Shown: positions 36,401-44,170, counted from the first letter of the stretch. The stretch: DNA of 55,946 nucleotides from a virus (IMGVR_UViG_3300031772_007968:1-55946); one strand, 5' to 3'. Numbers and translations are program-made. Notes: generated by a model from the letters alone, not told the origin.

Positions 36401-38504
36401 AGGCAGGGAGGCCGGCGTGTTCGAGTGCAACAACTGCGGAGCGGTGTACAGCTACGAGGTTTCCGTCACGGTCCTTAACCCCGAGAACGTCTCGTTCGAG
36501 GAGGAAGGCAAGAAGGGCCCCGAGGGCGAGGGCGAAGTCGAAGAACCCAAGCTCCCCGAAATGCCGGTTGCGGCGGTGGCGAAGCTCGACAAGGTCATGC
36601 TTGAGAAGATCGCCAGCAACGAGAAGAAGTTCGGCCACGTCTGTCCCGCATGCGGGACGGCCGACTGCAAGCCGATCGAACAGGCCGCCGGAAGCACGCG
36701 GTATATCTGCCCGAAGTGCGAAACCGAGGTCAAGAAGGACATCGTCGTCAACAAGGACGACCCCTCCGACACCTATATGAGGATCGCATGGGTCCTGAAG
36801 CCCTCCAAGGTCTCCAAGGTCGGATGCGGCGGATGCAAGAAGGCCGCCAACGAGTTCTCGGCCAGGGTGAAGGTCGCCAAGATGATCCACACGGCCGGAG
36901 TCAACTCGGCGAAGCCCGAGACGGCCTTCCCGATGGCCAACTGCGTCGAGAGGATCGCCAAGAAGTACGGCTCGAACGCCGTCGCGACATTCGGCCCCTG
37001 CAAGGGCAAGCCGCTGACGAAGTGTGTCTGCGACCAGCTTGAGGCGTTCGGCCTCAGGAAGGTGCGGCACCTCGAGAAGCTGGCGTCGGTGTACGCCCAG
37101 CCCGATCCGATGGAGCAGTGCATGAAGGACCACGTGGGCAAGAAGTACACGCAGGCCCAGGCGGAGACGATCTGCAACGCCCTGAAGAAGAAGTACGCCA
37201 CCGAGGCCGACGATAACGGCTTCATCATGGCCTTCGGGGAGTCGAAGGAATTCTCAATCGATGAGTTGAGAATCATGAAAGAAAGGTATGACGCAATGAC
37301 AAAGCAAGCACAGACCGCGGCTCCGGTTGACCTCGACGAGGACATCGGCGCCCCCATGGCTCCCGAGGCACCTGCCGAGGAGTTCGTCACGATCGAGCTG
37401 CCCGCGGATGTCGCCGCCGACGTCCAGGCTCAGCTGACCACGCAGACCGAACAGGCCGCCCCCGAGGCTCCCGCAGGGATCCCCGAGACGCCAGTCGCGG
37501 TCGCGGCCGGATCGGACAAGGCCGTGAAGACGGCCGCCAAGCCCGTCAAGGTTGAGAACATCGAGGGCGAGGTCGAGGCCAAGATCCCGCGCGGCAAGGC
37601 CACGCTGGGCAAGGAAGGCCCCGCCAACATCGACGTCAAGGAAAACAAGCCCAACATCCCCGAAGGCGGAACGAAGGCCAGGATGGGCGGCGAGAGCGAG
37701 AAGAACATCGATGTGAAGGCCGAGCTGCCTGACCTCCCGATCGACAGCTCCCTGATCGGCGGCGAGAAGGAGACCCAGAAGGGCATGCCTGCGGTCAGCG
37801 ACAAGATCAAGGGCACCGTCATCGCCGAGAAGGGCAAGGAACTGACCAAGGAAGCCACCAAGCCCGTCAAGGTCGAGAAGATCGAGGGCGAGGTCGAGGC
37901 TGGCATCCCCCGCGGGAAGGCCACCCTTGGCAAGGAAGGCCCCGACAACGTCGACGTGAAGGAGAACAAGCCCAACATCCCGAGGTCGCCCGAAGGAGCC
38001 CGCATGGGCAACGAGGGGCCCGAGAACATCGATGTGAAGGCAGACCTGCCTGACCTCCCGATCGACAGCGCCACGATGGGCGACGAGGCCAATGTCCAGA
38101 AGGGCATGCCTCCTATCAGTGACAAGATCAAGGGAACGGTCATCGCCGAGAAGCACCAGAAGCATATGGACAAGATCTCGATCGCAAGGTACAAGAAGGC
38201 CTGCCAGGTCGTGTCCAAGCTGGTGGCGCTCGGCAAGGTCGCCGAGTCCGATCACGAGGCCGTCATTGACGACCTGTCGAAGCTCGAGCTCGAAAGGATC
38301 GAGGCGTTCGCCGAGAGGATGTTCCGCTCCGCGTCAGCCCAGCCCCAGAAGCAGTCTGGACCGGTTCTGAGCACCCCGATCGTCCAAGAGGCGTCGTCCT
38401 ACGCGCCCGCGCAGCCGAAGTCCCTGAAGGACCAGCTCGCCGAGGCGTTCACCGTCGGAAGCGACAAGCTGAACGAAGCCATCAGGGAGGACGAGGAGAA
38501 GTAG
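33414..38504 (+). CDS. Prohead (capsid maturation) protease fused to a giant scaffold
   Basis: NTNGDYFSKEEL, PFYTNH, ARGKI, GVSMGC.V.YSVCSIC, FIELSGVGDPA; C-terminal low-complexity, Zn-ribbon and repeat regions; upstream of decoration protein and MCP. Confidence 0.88.
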   Translation: MIEKYAICSFVDIERIEGGSADQLMSMVKTAANKISIHEHTPYKDVIEAEIKKHATALFFKAKAIVADEMNTNGDYFSKEELKRAAQTFVGVPFYTNHNNKDIEQARGKIIFSEWNEKDNAIYVIAFVDREAYPHVCRGIEQDYMTGVSMGCSVEYSVCSICGQKAEKVEEYCSHIKNLKGRKFSGTAKDVRTGVVRQFKNALVYEDNYGVRFIELSGVGDPACRSCHIQGVFDNHEALLHKAASVENNIYMYRESSMAKEASQEEIQQLQQALATLEQISIGLIKNRQNVEVEFASDLVAILSDLQKFTDELVAAGYGQLQGAPAVPGTEPVPGMDSGATALPPPAAGMPSVAPAVEFGLPSATPMPAVESAPAPAAAVGRVSGAPGRPSVNRPTMPTPPAKPMAAAAVVNLMAKIAEKASEVFSLISHSDAGKTEEIKEQESSMKENEKISANITEHKTSSITNGGSAMSDVKTAARTEAPEVVNEKQLDTGIKYHPRTDSAPDQVTQAQLEAKRSGQEPEVLSEKQLDAKRTDGTPTVVTQKQLDPARKDDEKDQVTQAQLAVQRTDKELQSVTEKQLDDKPADVWSRSAFARKAVKTAAEHLASVVSVLAKVAVKCSATPAQIRTAAGEMVSGTKQKSAFLDAITSTDAKPEATDTLDVAARAKYWGGRGITIASATAADIMDTVRSGLKSLVASDEKIHPETVADVLEVVAEEADSEKEISAAVDAMMDAKQADSKPAASAKDDIRKALKTDKSPAAKPEAVQARADERKKILAAVSKPTHKIEASMSEIGITREMLKSDEKAARKLIVGFAKGAMAGQNKKVAAVTNVTIDGDVIQIAVSTDESAAEVEVPLAGEGIGPEAAPKEGDVTGENLDALTMPPPAAAAPAPAAPGLGLPPAEAPLPVAGAKVELKKEAQVGGGQPGTASNMPSVGGPGDAGTAVPEPPPAMDAGLESFTKDEAKGELPEAGEQMMPGAICPFCRSTDTTVGQEGREAGVFECNNCGAVYSYEVSVTVLNPENVSFEEEGKKGPEGEGEVEEPKLPEMPVAAVAKLDKVMLEKIASNEKKFGHVCPACGTADCKPIEQAAGSTRYICPKCETEVKKDIVVNKDDPSDTYMRIAWVLKPSKVSKVGCGGCKKAANEFSARVKVAKMIHTAGVNSAKPETAFPMANCVERIAKKYGSNAVATFGPCKGKPLTKCVCDQLEAFGLRKVRHLEKLASVYAQPDPMEQCMKDHVGKKYTQAQAETICNALKKKYATEADDNGFIMAFGESKEFSIDELRIMKERYDAMTKQAQTAAPVDLDEDIGAPMAPEAPAEEFVTIELPADVAADVQAQLTTQTEQAAPEAPAGIPETPVAVAAGSDKAVKTAAKPVKVENIEGEVEAKIPRGKATLGKEGPANIDVKENKPNIPEGGTKARMGGESEKNIDVKAELPDLPIDSSLIGGEKETQKGMPAVSDKIKGTVIAEKGKELTKEATKPVKVEKIEGEVEAGIPRGKATLGKEGPDNVDVKENKPNIPRSPEGARMGNEGPENIDVKADLPDLPIDSATMGDEANVQKGMPPISDKIKGTVIAEKHQKHMDKISIARYKKACQVVSKLVALGKVAESDHEAVIDDLSKLELERIEAFAERMFRSASAQPQKQSGPVLSTPIVQEASSYAPAQPKSLKDQLAEAFTVGSDKLNEAIREDEEK
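34752..34779 (+). promoter_or_regulatory. Intragenic AAGG-N19-GAATA motif
   Basis: In an AT-richer patch of the protease ORF; GGAGG and in-frame ATG 34824 follow. Confidence 0.7.
34824..38504 (+). CDS. Nested in-frame scaffolding protein (~1226 aa)
   Basis: Own promoter motif, GGAGG RBS (34812-34816), ATG in frame (MSDVKTAART...), stronger GC3 bias downstream. Confidence 0.7.
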   Translation: MSDVKTAARTEAPEVVNEKQLDTGIKYHPRTDSAPDQVTQAQLEAKRSGQEPEVLSEKQLDAKRTDGTPTVVTQKQLDPARKDDEKDQVTQAQLAVQRTDKELQSVTEKQLDDKPADVWSRSAFARKAVKTAAEHLASVVSVLAKVAVKCSATPAQIRTAAGEMVSGTKQKSAFLDAITSTDAKPEATDTLDVAARAKYWGGRGITIASATAADIMDTVRSGLKSLVASDEKIHPETVADVLEVVAEEADSEKEISAAVDAMMDAKQADSKPAASAKDDIRKALKTDKSPAAKPEAVQARADERKKILAAVSKPTHKIEASMSEIGITREMLKSDEKAARKLIVGFAKGAMAGQNKKVAAVTNVTIDGDVIQIAVSTDESAAEVEVPLAGEGIGPEAAPKEGDVTGENLDALTMPPPAAAAPAPAAPGLGLPPAEAPLPVAGAKVELKKEAQVGGGQPGTASNMPSVGGPGDAGTAVPEPPPAMDAGLESFTKDEAKGELPEAGEQMMPGAICPFCRSTDTTVGQEGREAGVFECNNCGAVYSYEVSVTVLNPENVSFEEEGKKGPEGEGEVEEPKLPEMPVAAVAKLDKVMLEKIASNEKKFGHVCPACGTADCKPIEQAAGSTRYICPKCETEVKKDIVVNKDDPSDTYMRIAWVLKPSKVSKVGCGGCKKAANEFSARVKVAKMIHTAGVNSAKPETAFPMANCVERIAKKYGSNAVATFGPCKGKPLTKCVCDQLEAFGLRKVRHLEKLASVYAQPDPMEQCMKDHVGKKYTQAQAETICNALKKKYATEADDNGFIMAFGESKEFSIDELRIMKERYDAMTKQAQTAAPVDLDEDIGAPMAPEAPAEEFVTIELPADVAADVQAQLTTQTEQAAPEAPAGIPETPVAVAAGSDKAVKTAAKPVKVENIEGEVEAKIPRGKATLGKEGPANIDVKENKPNIPEGGTKARMGGESEKNIDVKAELPDLPIDSSLIGGEKETQKGMPAVSDKIKGTVIAEKGKELTKEATKPVKVEKIEGEVEAGIPRGKATLGKEGPDNVDVKENKPNIPRSPEGARMGNEGPENIDVKADLPDLPIDSATMGDEANVQKGMPPISDKIKGTVIAEKHQKHMDKISIARYKKACQVVSKLVALGKVAESDHEAVIDDLSKLELERIEAFAERMFRSASAQPQKQSGPVLSTPIVQEASSYAPAQPKSLKDQLAEAFTVGSDKLNEAIREDEEK
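37539..38153 (+). repeat. Tandem duplication with 321-nt (107-aa) period in the scaffold C-terminus
   Basis: KPVKVE.IEGEVEA.IPRGKATLGKEGP.N.DVKENKPNIP...SDKIKGTVIAEK twice (37539, 37860). Confidence 0.9.
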
Positions 38505-38532
38505 CAGCAACTTGGCACAAGCCAACGGTTTG

Positions 38533-38567
38533 GAAGCCCCGCGGGAAGCCGCGGGGCTTCTTTTTTT
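38533..38567 (+). terminator. Rho-independent terminator
   Basis: gaagccccgcgg-gaag-ccgcggggcttc followed by a T run. Confidence 0.9.
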
Positions 38568-38608
38568 AACCCCCGAACAGAATCGCATCACTTTTTCGAC
38601 ACAAAAGG

Positions 38609-38636
38609 AAGGAATCCGGACCGGTTTCGGAGAATA
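38609..38636 (+). promoter_or_regulatory. AAGG-N19-GAATA motif for the capsid operon (second match AAGG-N19-GAACA at 38711-38738)
   Basis: Follows the terminator and precedes decoration protein and MCP. Confidence 0.7.
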
Positions 38637-38811
38637 GGTAGGTTGTGAAGCCGCCTGTGGCGGCAGACCGAACGACGCGAAGTATCACCGACGGGGAACT
38701 AGGATGGCTCAAGGGACGGCTCAAACGACATTCGAACACTACGGCTGAATGCGGACGCTGGCGGATCCCGAAGCGGTTTTGAGCGAACGAACGAACAACA
38801 AGGAGAAAATC

Positions 38812-39381
38812 ATGGCCTTAGTAGAGAAATATCATGTGGTGGCCGCCATGTACCCCGTCGACAACACGACGTCGGTAAGTGGTGGATCAGCACCGGCCGA
38901 CATCAAGGAAGGCCAGTGGGTCTTCCTGGGAACCGGCGTGCTGGGCGTGCGCAGGGTTGACGCGACGGCAGGGGCGGTTACGAAGGTTCTCGGAGTCGCC
39001 GGCGACACCAAGAGCTCGACAGCCTCCTCCATGCCTGGCGTCAAGACCGGCTGGCAGAACAGGGTGTCGGATGGCTTCAACGAGACGAAGGCCTCGGCGA
39101 AGATCACCGTGTACTACGGCGGCGGCGAGTTCGCCACCGACCAGTTCACGAATGCCGGAACGGCCCTGAACGCGGCCGCGGTCGGCAGCTACCTGAAGGT
39201 TAACACCGACGGGGTGCTGGCTTTCGACCACGCGACTGTCAAGTCGACTTCGACTGTCGCTATGCTGACCAGGGCTGCCGGGGTTTACCCCTCGGGAGTG
39301 CCCGGAACGGACATCAACGGAGACATGGCCCTCGGTGGGGACAACGCGAACACGTACATCGAATTCAAGATGCTGATCTAA
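38812..39381 (+). CDS. Capsid decoration/cement protein (putative)
   Basis: AAGGAG RBS; Gly/Ala/Thr-rich beta protein; GVAGD, KITV..GGGEF.TDQF; immediately before MCP. Confidence 0.7.
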   Translation: MALVEKYHVVAAMYPVDNTTSVSGGSAPADIKEGQWVFLGTGVLGVRRVDATAGAVTKVLGVAGDTKSSTASSMPGVKTGWQNRVSDGFNETKASAKITVYYGGGEFATDQFTNAGTALNAAAVGSYLKVNTDGVLAFDHATVKSTSTVAMLTRAAGVYPSGVPGTDINGDMALGGDNANTYIEFKMLI

Positions 39382-39452
39382 GCATCCAGAGTCCGGTGTG
39401 GAACAGAGTTTGAGCTAACCAGAACAAGGTCACTCAAGCAAGGAGAACGCAA

Positions 39453-40322
39453 ATGTTGGACAAGAAAGCAGTCAATGAAAAGCGGGCAGAGCTCATCGCT
39501 CAGGCGATGGACACTCCCGAAGGTCGTGTCGCGCTCGCACAGGCGATGGTGGAACCGATCCGCAGGGCCCTGGAATACCAGGCGGTCGGCCGCAAGCTTC
39601 TGTTGGTGGACGAGCTGCCGCAAGGCGCCTATGCCCGCTATGAGAAGGACGTCCGCGCTACGGCGTGGGTCGTCTCCCGCAGGGGATCGGTGCCCGACAA
39701 TATCGTCGAAGGCGAGGAAATCCTCGTCCCGACATTCGAGATCGCGGTCAATCCGACCGTCCGTATCTCGGAAGTGAAGGCCCGCCGGTTCTACATCGTG
39801 GACCGCGCCCAGATCAAGGCCAAGGAAGCCATCCAGAAGGAAGAGGACAGCAACATTTTCGCAGCGATCAACACGGCCGTCGCGGCCGTCGCGGCGAACC
39901 TGATCGTGTCCACTGGCGGCGCCCTGAGCATCCAGGCCCTCAACCAGGCCTTCGCCGCGGTCGAGAGCCACGACCTGACAGTCGGCAAAGTCGTTTGCCA
40001 CGCCCTCCGCTATGCGGACATCAGGGCTTGGGGACAGACTGTGTTCGACCAGGCAACGATGAAGGAAGTCCTGACGACCGGACTGTTTGGTCACATCTTC
40101 ACGGCTGACATCCATGTCAGCTCGAGGGTGCCGACCACGTACGTGTTCGTCATGGCCCCCGCCGAGTACGTCGGAGCGTTCCCGGTACGCCAGGACATCA
40201 CGGTCCTGCCCGCGGATGACCCCAAAAAGCTGCGGCTGGGTTGGGTTGTGTACGAGGAGGTGGGCGTCGTGATCGTCAACGACTACGCCATCGCCAGAGT
40301 CGAAGTCAGCGTCGGTTCCTAA
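39453..40322 (+). CDS. Major capsid protein (HK97 fold, compact encapsulin-like type)
   Basis: GRVALAQAMVEPIRRALEYQAVGRKLLLVDELPQGA, VPTFEIAVNP, IQKEED, GWVVYEEVG; synteny, strong RBS and terminator. Confidence 0.88.
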   Translation: MLDKKAVNEKRAELIAQAMDTPEGRVALAQAMVEPIRRALEYQAVGRKLLLVDELPQGAYARYEKDVRATAWVVSRRGSVPDNIVEGEEILVPTFEIAVNPTVRISEVKARRFYIVDRAQIKAKEAIQKEEDSNIFAAINTAVAAVAANLIVSTGGALSIQALNQAFAAVESHDLTVGKVVCHALRYADIRAWGQTVFDQATMKEVLTTGLFGHIFTADIHVSSRVPTTYVFVMAPAEYVGAFPVRQDITVLPADDPKKLRLGWVVYEEVGVVIVNDYAIARVEVSVGS

Positions 40323-40345
40323 TCCGCCGTTGTTCGATTGAAAAT

Positions 40346-40386
40346 AAAAAGAACCTCCGGCAGAAATGCTGGGGGTTCTTTTTTTT
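40346..40386 (+). terminator. Rho-independent terminator after MCP
   Basis: aaaaagaacctccggca-GAAA-tgctgggggttctt followed by a T run. Confidence 0.85.
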
Positions 40387-40392
40387 AATCTA

Positions 40393-40435
40393 TTGACAAT
40401 AAAAAAGAAGGTTAGTTATATTATGGTGTAGAATT
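40393..40435 (+). promoter_or_regulatory. Overlapping sigma70-like (TTGACA 40393, TATATT 40417) and AAGG-N19-GAATT (40408-40435) promoters
   Basis: Read directly, upstream of the endonuclease gene. Confidence 0.6.
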
Positions 40436-40456
40436 AATAAATCAAGGAGATTGTTT

Positions 40457-41437
40457 ATGCCTCCGCCACGGAAAAAAATTGACGAACACAAACTGTATGA
40501 ACAATATGTCATACAACAAAAGTCAACGACTGAAATCGCTAAGGATAGCGAATCGTTATTGGGAATTAAAGTAAGTTCTGCTTTGGTGTATTGGTCTTTG
40601 GTTCGTTACAACATACCCATACGCAACAAATCACAAAGCATTTCTATGGCGAGGTGCACACTAGATCGAAATGAGACCTATATTGATGAAGCCACCATTG
40701 AATGGATTGATGGATTTTTACTTGGCGACGGATCCATTGGTTTTCGAAAGAATGACTTTATGAATGCTAGGTTTTCTATGGGATCTGTAGAAAGGGGGTG
40801 GACTATCTATGCGGTTTCCGGTCTTAAAAAATATCAGCTTTCTAAACCAAAACAATCTGGGGAAGTCTGTACCAGAAGACCCAACCGATCTTGGTTAAGC
40901 TACAGTTTGACTCATCCTGATATTGTCCAGCAAGCAAAACGCTGGTATCCTAATGGCAAAAAAGTAGTTCCTGATGATGTCAGAATCACCCCGACAAGCC
41001 TTTTGCTTTGGTATCTTGGGGACGGCAGCTTCTGTTATGATCCTGAACACAATATCCCACACTTGAGACTTGCAACTTGTGCATTTTCTCCAACCGATAT
41101 AGAGAATATTCTTATCCCCAAATTGGCCGCCTTGGGGTTGGTCTGCTCAAGGGAAAAAAGTAAGAACGACATCGGTATCCTATCGGAGTCAATCGGCCGC
41201 TTTTTCGAGATCGTCGGGCCGAAGTCCCCGATCCCGTGCTACAGCCACAAGTTCAGCATACCCGAGTGGCTCTCCCAGATCCACCTGTGCCAGATCGTGA
41301 AAAACGACAGGGAGAAATGGCGTGCCATCTATTACATCAAGAACGGCCAAGTCGAGTGCTCCAAGAGCCCCGGCGGCCACTTCCTGCTGTTCACCAAGGA
41401 TCAGGCCGACGCCCTGTGCAGGAAACTTGGCAGGTGA
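40457..41437 (+). mobile_element. Free-standing LAGLIDADG homing endonuclease
   Basis: N-terminal HTH-like region; IDGFLLGDGSI and LLWYLGDGS; AT-rich from ~40330 to ~41180. Confidence 0.85.
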
Positions 41438-41443
41438 CCGCAA

Positions 41444-41471
41444 AAGGGTTCGGCCGCCCCGTTTGGGAATA
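41444..41471 (+). promoter_or_regulatory. AAGG-N19-GAATA motif
   Basis: Upstream of 41498. Confidence 0.7.
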
Positions 41472-41497
41472 AATAGGGAGCTTGGAGGCCGGACACC

Positions 41498-42586
41498 ATG
41501 ATAATCACAAGGGCTTTCCCGAATTTTGACGCAGGGATGAAAAAAAAGGCGATGAACAGGGAGTCCATGCTCCCGAACATTGATTTCCTTCCCGACTCGC
41601 ACCTCATGGTCAACGAGGTGATATTCCTGAAGGCCGGAACCAACAGGATCGTCTGGGCGATGGTTGACGGCCCCGGCGGCCAGCCTCGGAGGATATACCT
41701 GTTCACCTATCCCTTTAAGCTGGTGGACATCAACCTGAGCCAGCTCAACGGGAGGACGGTCGGTGAGGCCCGCGTAATGTTCAACGAGGCGATGAGCGAG
41801 GCGTTCGACGCTACGAGGAGGCACATGCCGGCCGAGGCGCTCATGCCCAAACCCGGCGTGCCGGAGGATGTCGAGGTCCCCGAGGGCAAGACCGTCTTTG
41901 ACCGCGAACTGCGCCCGATGGTTCCTGAACTGCCGTCCCCGTCGCTGCAGAGGGCTCAGGCGTCCGCCAAGGACAAGGAGATGGTTCCTGGCGGCAAGTC
42001 GGAGGGCATGACCGTCGAGGACATAGCGAAGCTGCACGGCGTACCGGCCTCAAAGATCGAGGAGCAGATCGAGAAGGGCGTCAAGGTCGAGCTTGAGCAC
42101 ACGCCGGACAGGAAGGTTGCCCGAGAGATAGCGATGGATCACCTTGTCGAGTTCGCGAACTACTACGACATGCTTGAGGCCATGGAGGAGGGCGGGGACT
42201 GCGTCCTCGAATCCCTCAGGAAGTTCGTCAAGGGGACGGGCAAGGACTGGAACTACGTCACCCCCGAGGATCTGCACAAGAAGGGGACGAAGGGGTACCA
42301 CGTCGTTGACATCAGGAAGCCCGAGGACTACGCCAAGGGGCACATCGCCGGGGCTAAGAACATTTTCTGGATGGATCTGCTGGACGAGGCGAACCTCAAG
42401 AAGCTCCCGAAGGACGGAAAGATACTGCTGGTCTGCTATGTCGGCCACACTTCCAGCCAGATGGTGGTCGCGCTGAGGCTCCTGGGATATGACGCCGTCT
42501 CACTGAAGTACGGAATGGGCAAGTCTCCGGTCGAGGGCGTCCCGGTCGCCGGATGGTTGGACTACGGATACGACGTTGTGAAATGA
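41498..42586 (+). CDS. DUF5661-like domain fused to a rhodanese domain
   Basis: QIEKGVKVELEHT...AREIAMDHLVEF.NYYD; VVDIRKPEDYAKGHIAGAKNI...VCYVGHTS. Confidence 0.8.
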   Translation: MIITRAFPNFDAGMKKKAMNRESMLPNIDFLPDSHLMVNEVIFLKAGTNRIVWAMVDGPGGQPRRIYLFTYPFKLVDINLSQLNGRTVGEARVMFNEAMSEAFDATRRHMPAEALMPKPGVPEDVEVPEGKTVFDRELRPMVPELPSPSLQRAQASAKDKEMVPGGKSEGMTVEDIAKLHGVPASKIEEQIEKGVKVELEHTPDRKVAREIAMDHLVEFANYYDMLEAMEEGGDCVLESLRKFVKGTGKDWNYVTPEDLHKKGTKGYHVVDIRKPEDYAKGHIAGAKNIFWMDLLDEANLKKLPKDGKILLVCYVGHTSSQMVVALRLLGYDAVSLKYGMGKSPVEGVPVAGWLDYGYDVVK

Positions 42587-42596
42587 GGGACATACA

Positions 42597-42896
42597 ATGA
42601 AAATATTCAAGCTTGGGAAGGTCGCGCAGGTCATCCATGACGACGGGATCGCCGACGGCGGGGAGCGTTACACCGACGAGGAGATGGATCTGATGGAGGG
42701 CAAGGCGGCTCTCCGAGACCCAGACCGCAAGGTGTCAAGACGGAGGTTCGTCCACGTCCTTTTCGACGACGGACAGGCCATTGGCACAACGATCAACGGC
42801 ACGAAGGACGAAATCGAGTCGTACTACATCGGGCAGGAGTTCGAAAAGTCCGACGAGACGATACACAAGGCGACCAAGGTCGAGTTCATCAGCTGA
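42597..42896 (+). CDS. Hypothetical protein
   Basis: MKIFKLGKVAQ start; TTINGT.DEI..YYIG. Confidence 0.7.
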   Translation: MKIFKLGKVAQVIHDDGIADGGERYTDEEMDLMEGKAALRDPDRKVSRRRFVHVLFDDGQAIGTTINGTKDEIESYYIGQEFEKSDETIHKATKVEFIS

Positions 42897-42908
42897 GGAT
42901 GGTGCGGG

Positions 42909-43322
42909 ATGAGGATATTCAAGCTTTCGGCAATGGACTGCGGCGGCTTCTGGCCGGCGGGCAAGGGCAAGCACCTGGACACACAGATGTTCCCAGAGTG
43001 CAAGAACTGGCCGTCGTACCAGCACAAGGGCAAGAAGAAGACCAAGAAGGCAGACGCCGACGAAGGCCTTCGGACAGAGGCGGCCAAGCTCAGATGCTCC
43101 AACTGCGGTCACCCCGTTCTCAGGAGGCACCGTTCCGGCCGCGAGGGCCTGTATGAGTGCACCGGCTGCGGCCTTGCCGTCAGCACCAACGCCATCCCCT
43201 ATGAGGGGTCGTGGGCCCACAGCGAGGAGGTCAGGAAGCGCGAGGGCAAGCCCATCCCAGGCGCCGAACTGCGCAAGCTCCCCTCGGAGGGGAACATGGG
43301 ATACCCCCCTTCGGCCAAATGA
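42909..43322 (+). CDS. Zn-ribbon protein
   Basis: CSNCG...CTGCG; MRIFKL start. Confidence 0.65.
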   Translation: MRIFKLSAMDCGGFWPAGKGKHLDTQMFPECKNWPSYQHKGKKKTKKADADEGLRTEAAKLRCSNCGHPVLRRHRSGREGLYECTGCGLAVSTNAIPYEGSWAHSEEVRKREGKPIPGAELRKLPSEGNMGYPPSAK

Positions 43323-43383
43323 CCTGCCGCCCCGACAATAACCCGATTTTGCACAATAAACCTCCCAACTTTAGTGTGGAAAT

Positions 43384-44022
43384 ATGGCTTACGTTGAAGA
43401 CAGCCTCGACATGCCGCTGAGGGACGTCCTTGCGGCCATGCAGGAGCGCATCCAGAAGCGGACGACTTATTTCGGCGTCAAGGCTATGAAGAGCCCGATT
43501 GACCACTGGGTCTACCGCGAGCTGATCTGCGAGGCTCGCCCCGACTTCATCGTTGAGATAGGCAACGCATGCGGAGGGAGCACGCTTTCGCTGGCTCACA
43601 CCTGCGACCTGCTGGGGCACGGAAGGGTCGTGGCGGTTGACTTGTCGCACGCCGGAATTCACGAGAGCGTCAGGAGCCACCCCAGGATCAGCTTCGTCGA
43701 AGGCGACGCCTGCTCAAGATTCCCGGAGGTCATGGGGATCGTTGACCCAGGATCCAAGGTTCTTGTCATAGACGACAGCTCGCACACCTTTGCCAACACC
43801 CTGAAGGTCCTGTGGACGTATTCGCCGCTGCTCAAGGTGGGCGACTATTTCATCGTCGAGGACGGCATCTGCCGGCACGGCCTTGATGTCGGGCCGAAAC
43901 CTGGGCCCTACGAGGCCGTAGAGGCGTTTGTGAGGGAGAACCCTGACTATGCCATTGACAGGGATCGGGAGTCGTTTCTCATAACTTGGAACCCGAAGGG
44001 CTATCTGAGGCGGGTGTTCTGA
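43384..44022 (+). CDS. CmcI-family (cephalosporin hydroxylase/rhamnosyl O-methyltransferase-like) SAM methyltransferase
   Basis: KSPID.WVYRELI...PDFIVEIG.A.GGS, VLVIDDSSH, YFIVEDG, TWNPKGYL. Confidence 0.88.
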   Translation: MAYVEDSLDMPLRDVLAAMQERIQKRTTYFGVKAMKSPIDHWVYRELICEARPDFIVEIGNACGGSTLSLAHTCDLLGHGRVVAVDLSHAGIHESVRSHPRISFVEGDACSRFPEVMGIVDPGSKVLVIDDSSHTFANTLKVLWTYSPLLKVGDYFIVEDGICRHGLDVGPKPGPYEAVEAFVRENPDYAIDRDRESFLITWNPKGYLRRVF

Positions 44023-44170
44023 CAGCCTCTTCGACTTCGACTATCGCCACCCTCAGCGGCCTGTACCACGGGCAGTCCCTGTTGTTGGGATGGTGGCTGT
44101 CGTCCACGTCCCTGACGCAGTCAGGACATCTGCCAATGATGCTGTTGACGTACTCTATGGCTGTCACCAT
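43979..44170 (-). CDS. Small Cys/His protein (63 aa)
   Basis: GGAGG RBS; CPDC...HHPNN.DCPWY. Confidence 0.5.
   Translation of the reverse strand: MVTAIEYVNSIIGRCPDCVRDVDDSHHPNNRDCPWYRPLRVAIVEVEEAVRTPASDSPSGSKL

Noticed and set aside
34800-38255. Long antisense ORFs (777, 449 and 333 aa) and similar ones opposite other large genes
   Set aside because: Expected from strong GC3 bias on the coding strand; no motifs or RBS.
39453-40322. Cellular encapsulin nanocompartment operon
   Set aside because: Terminase, portal, prohead protease and decoration protein in synteny indicate a phage capsid.
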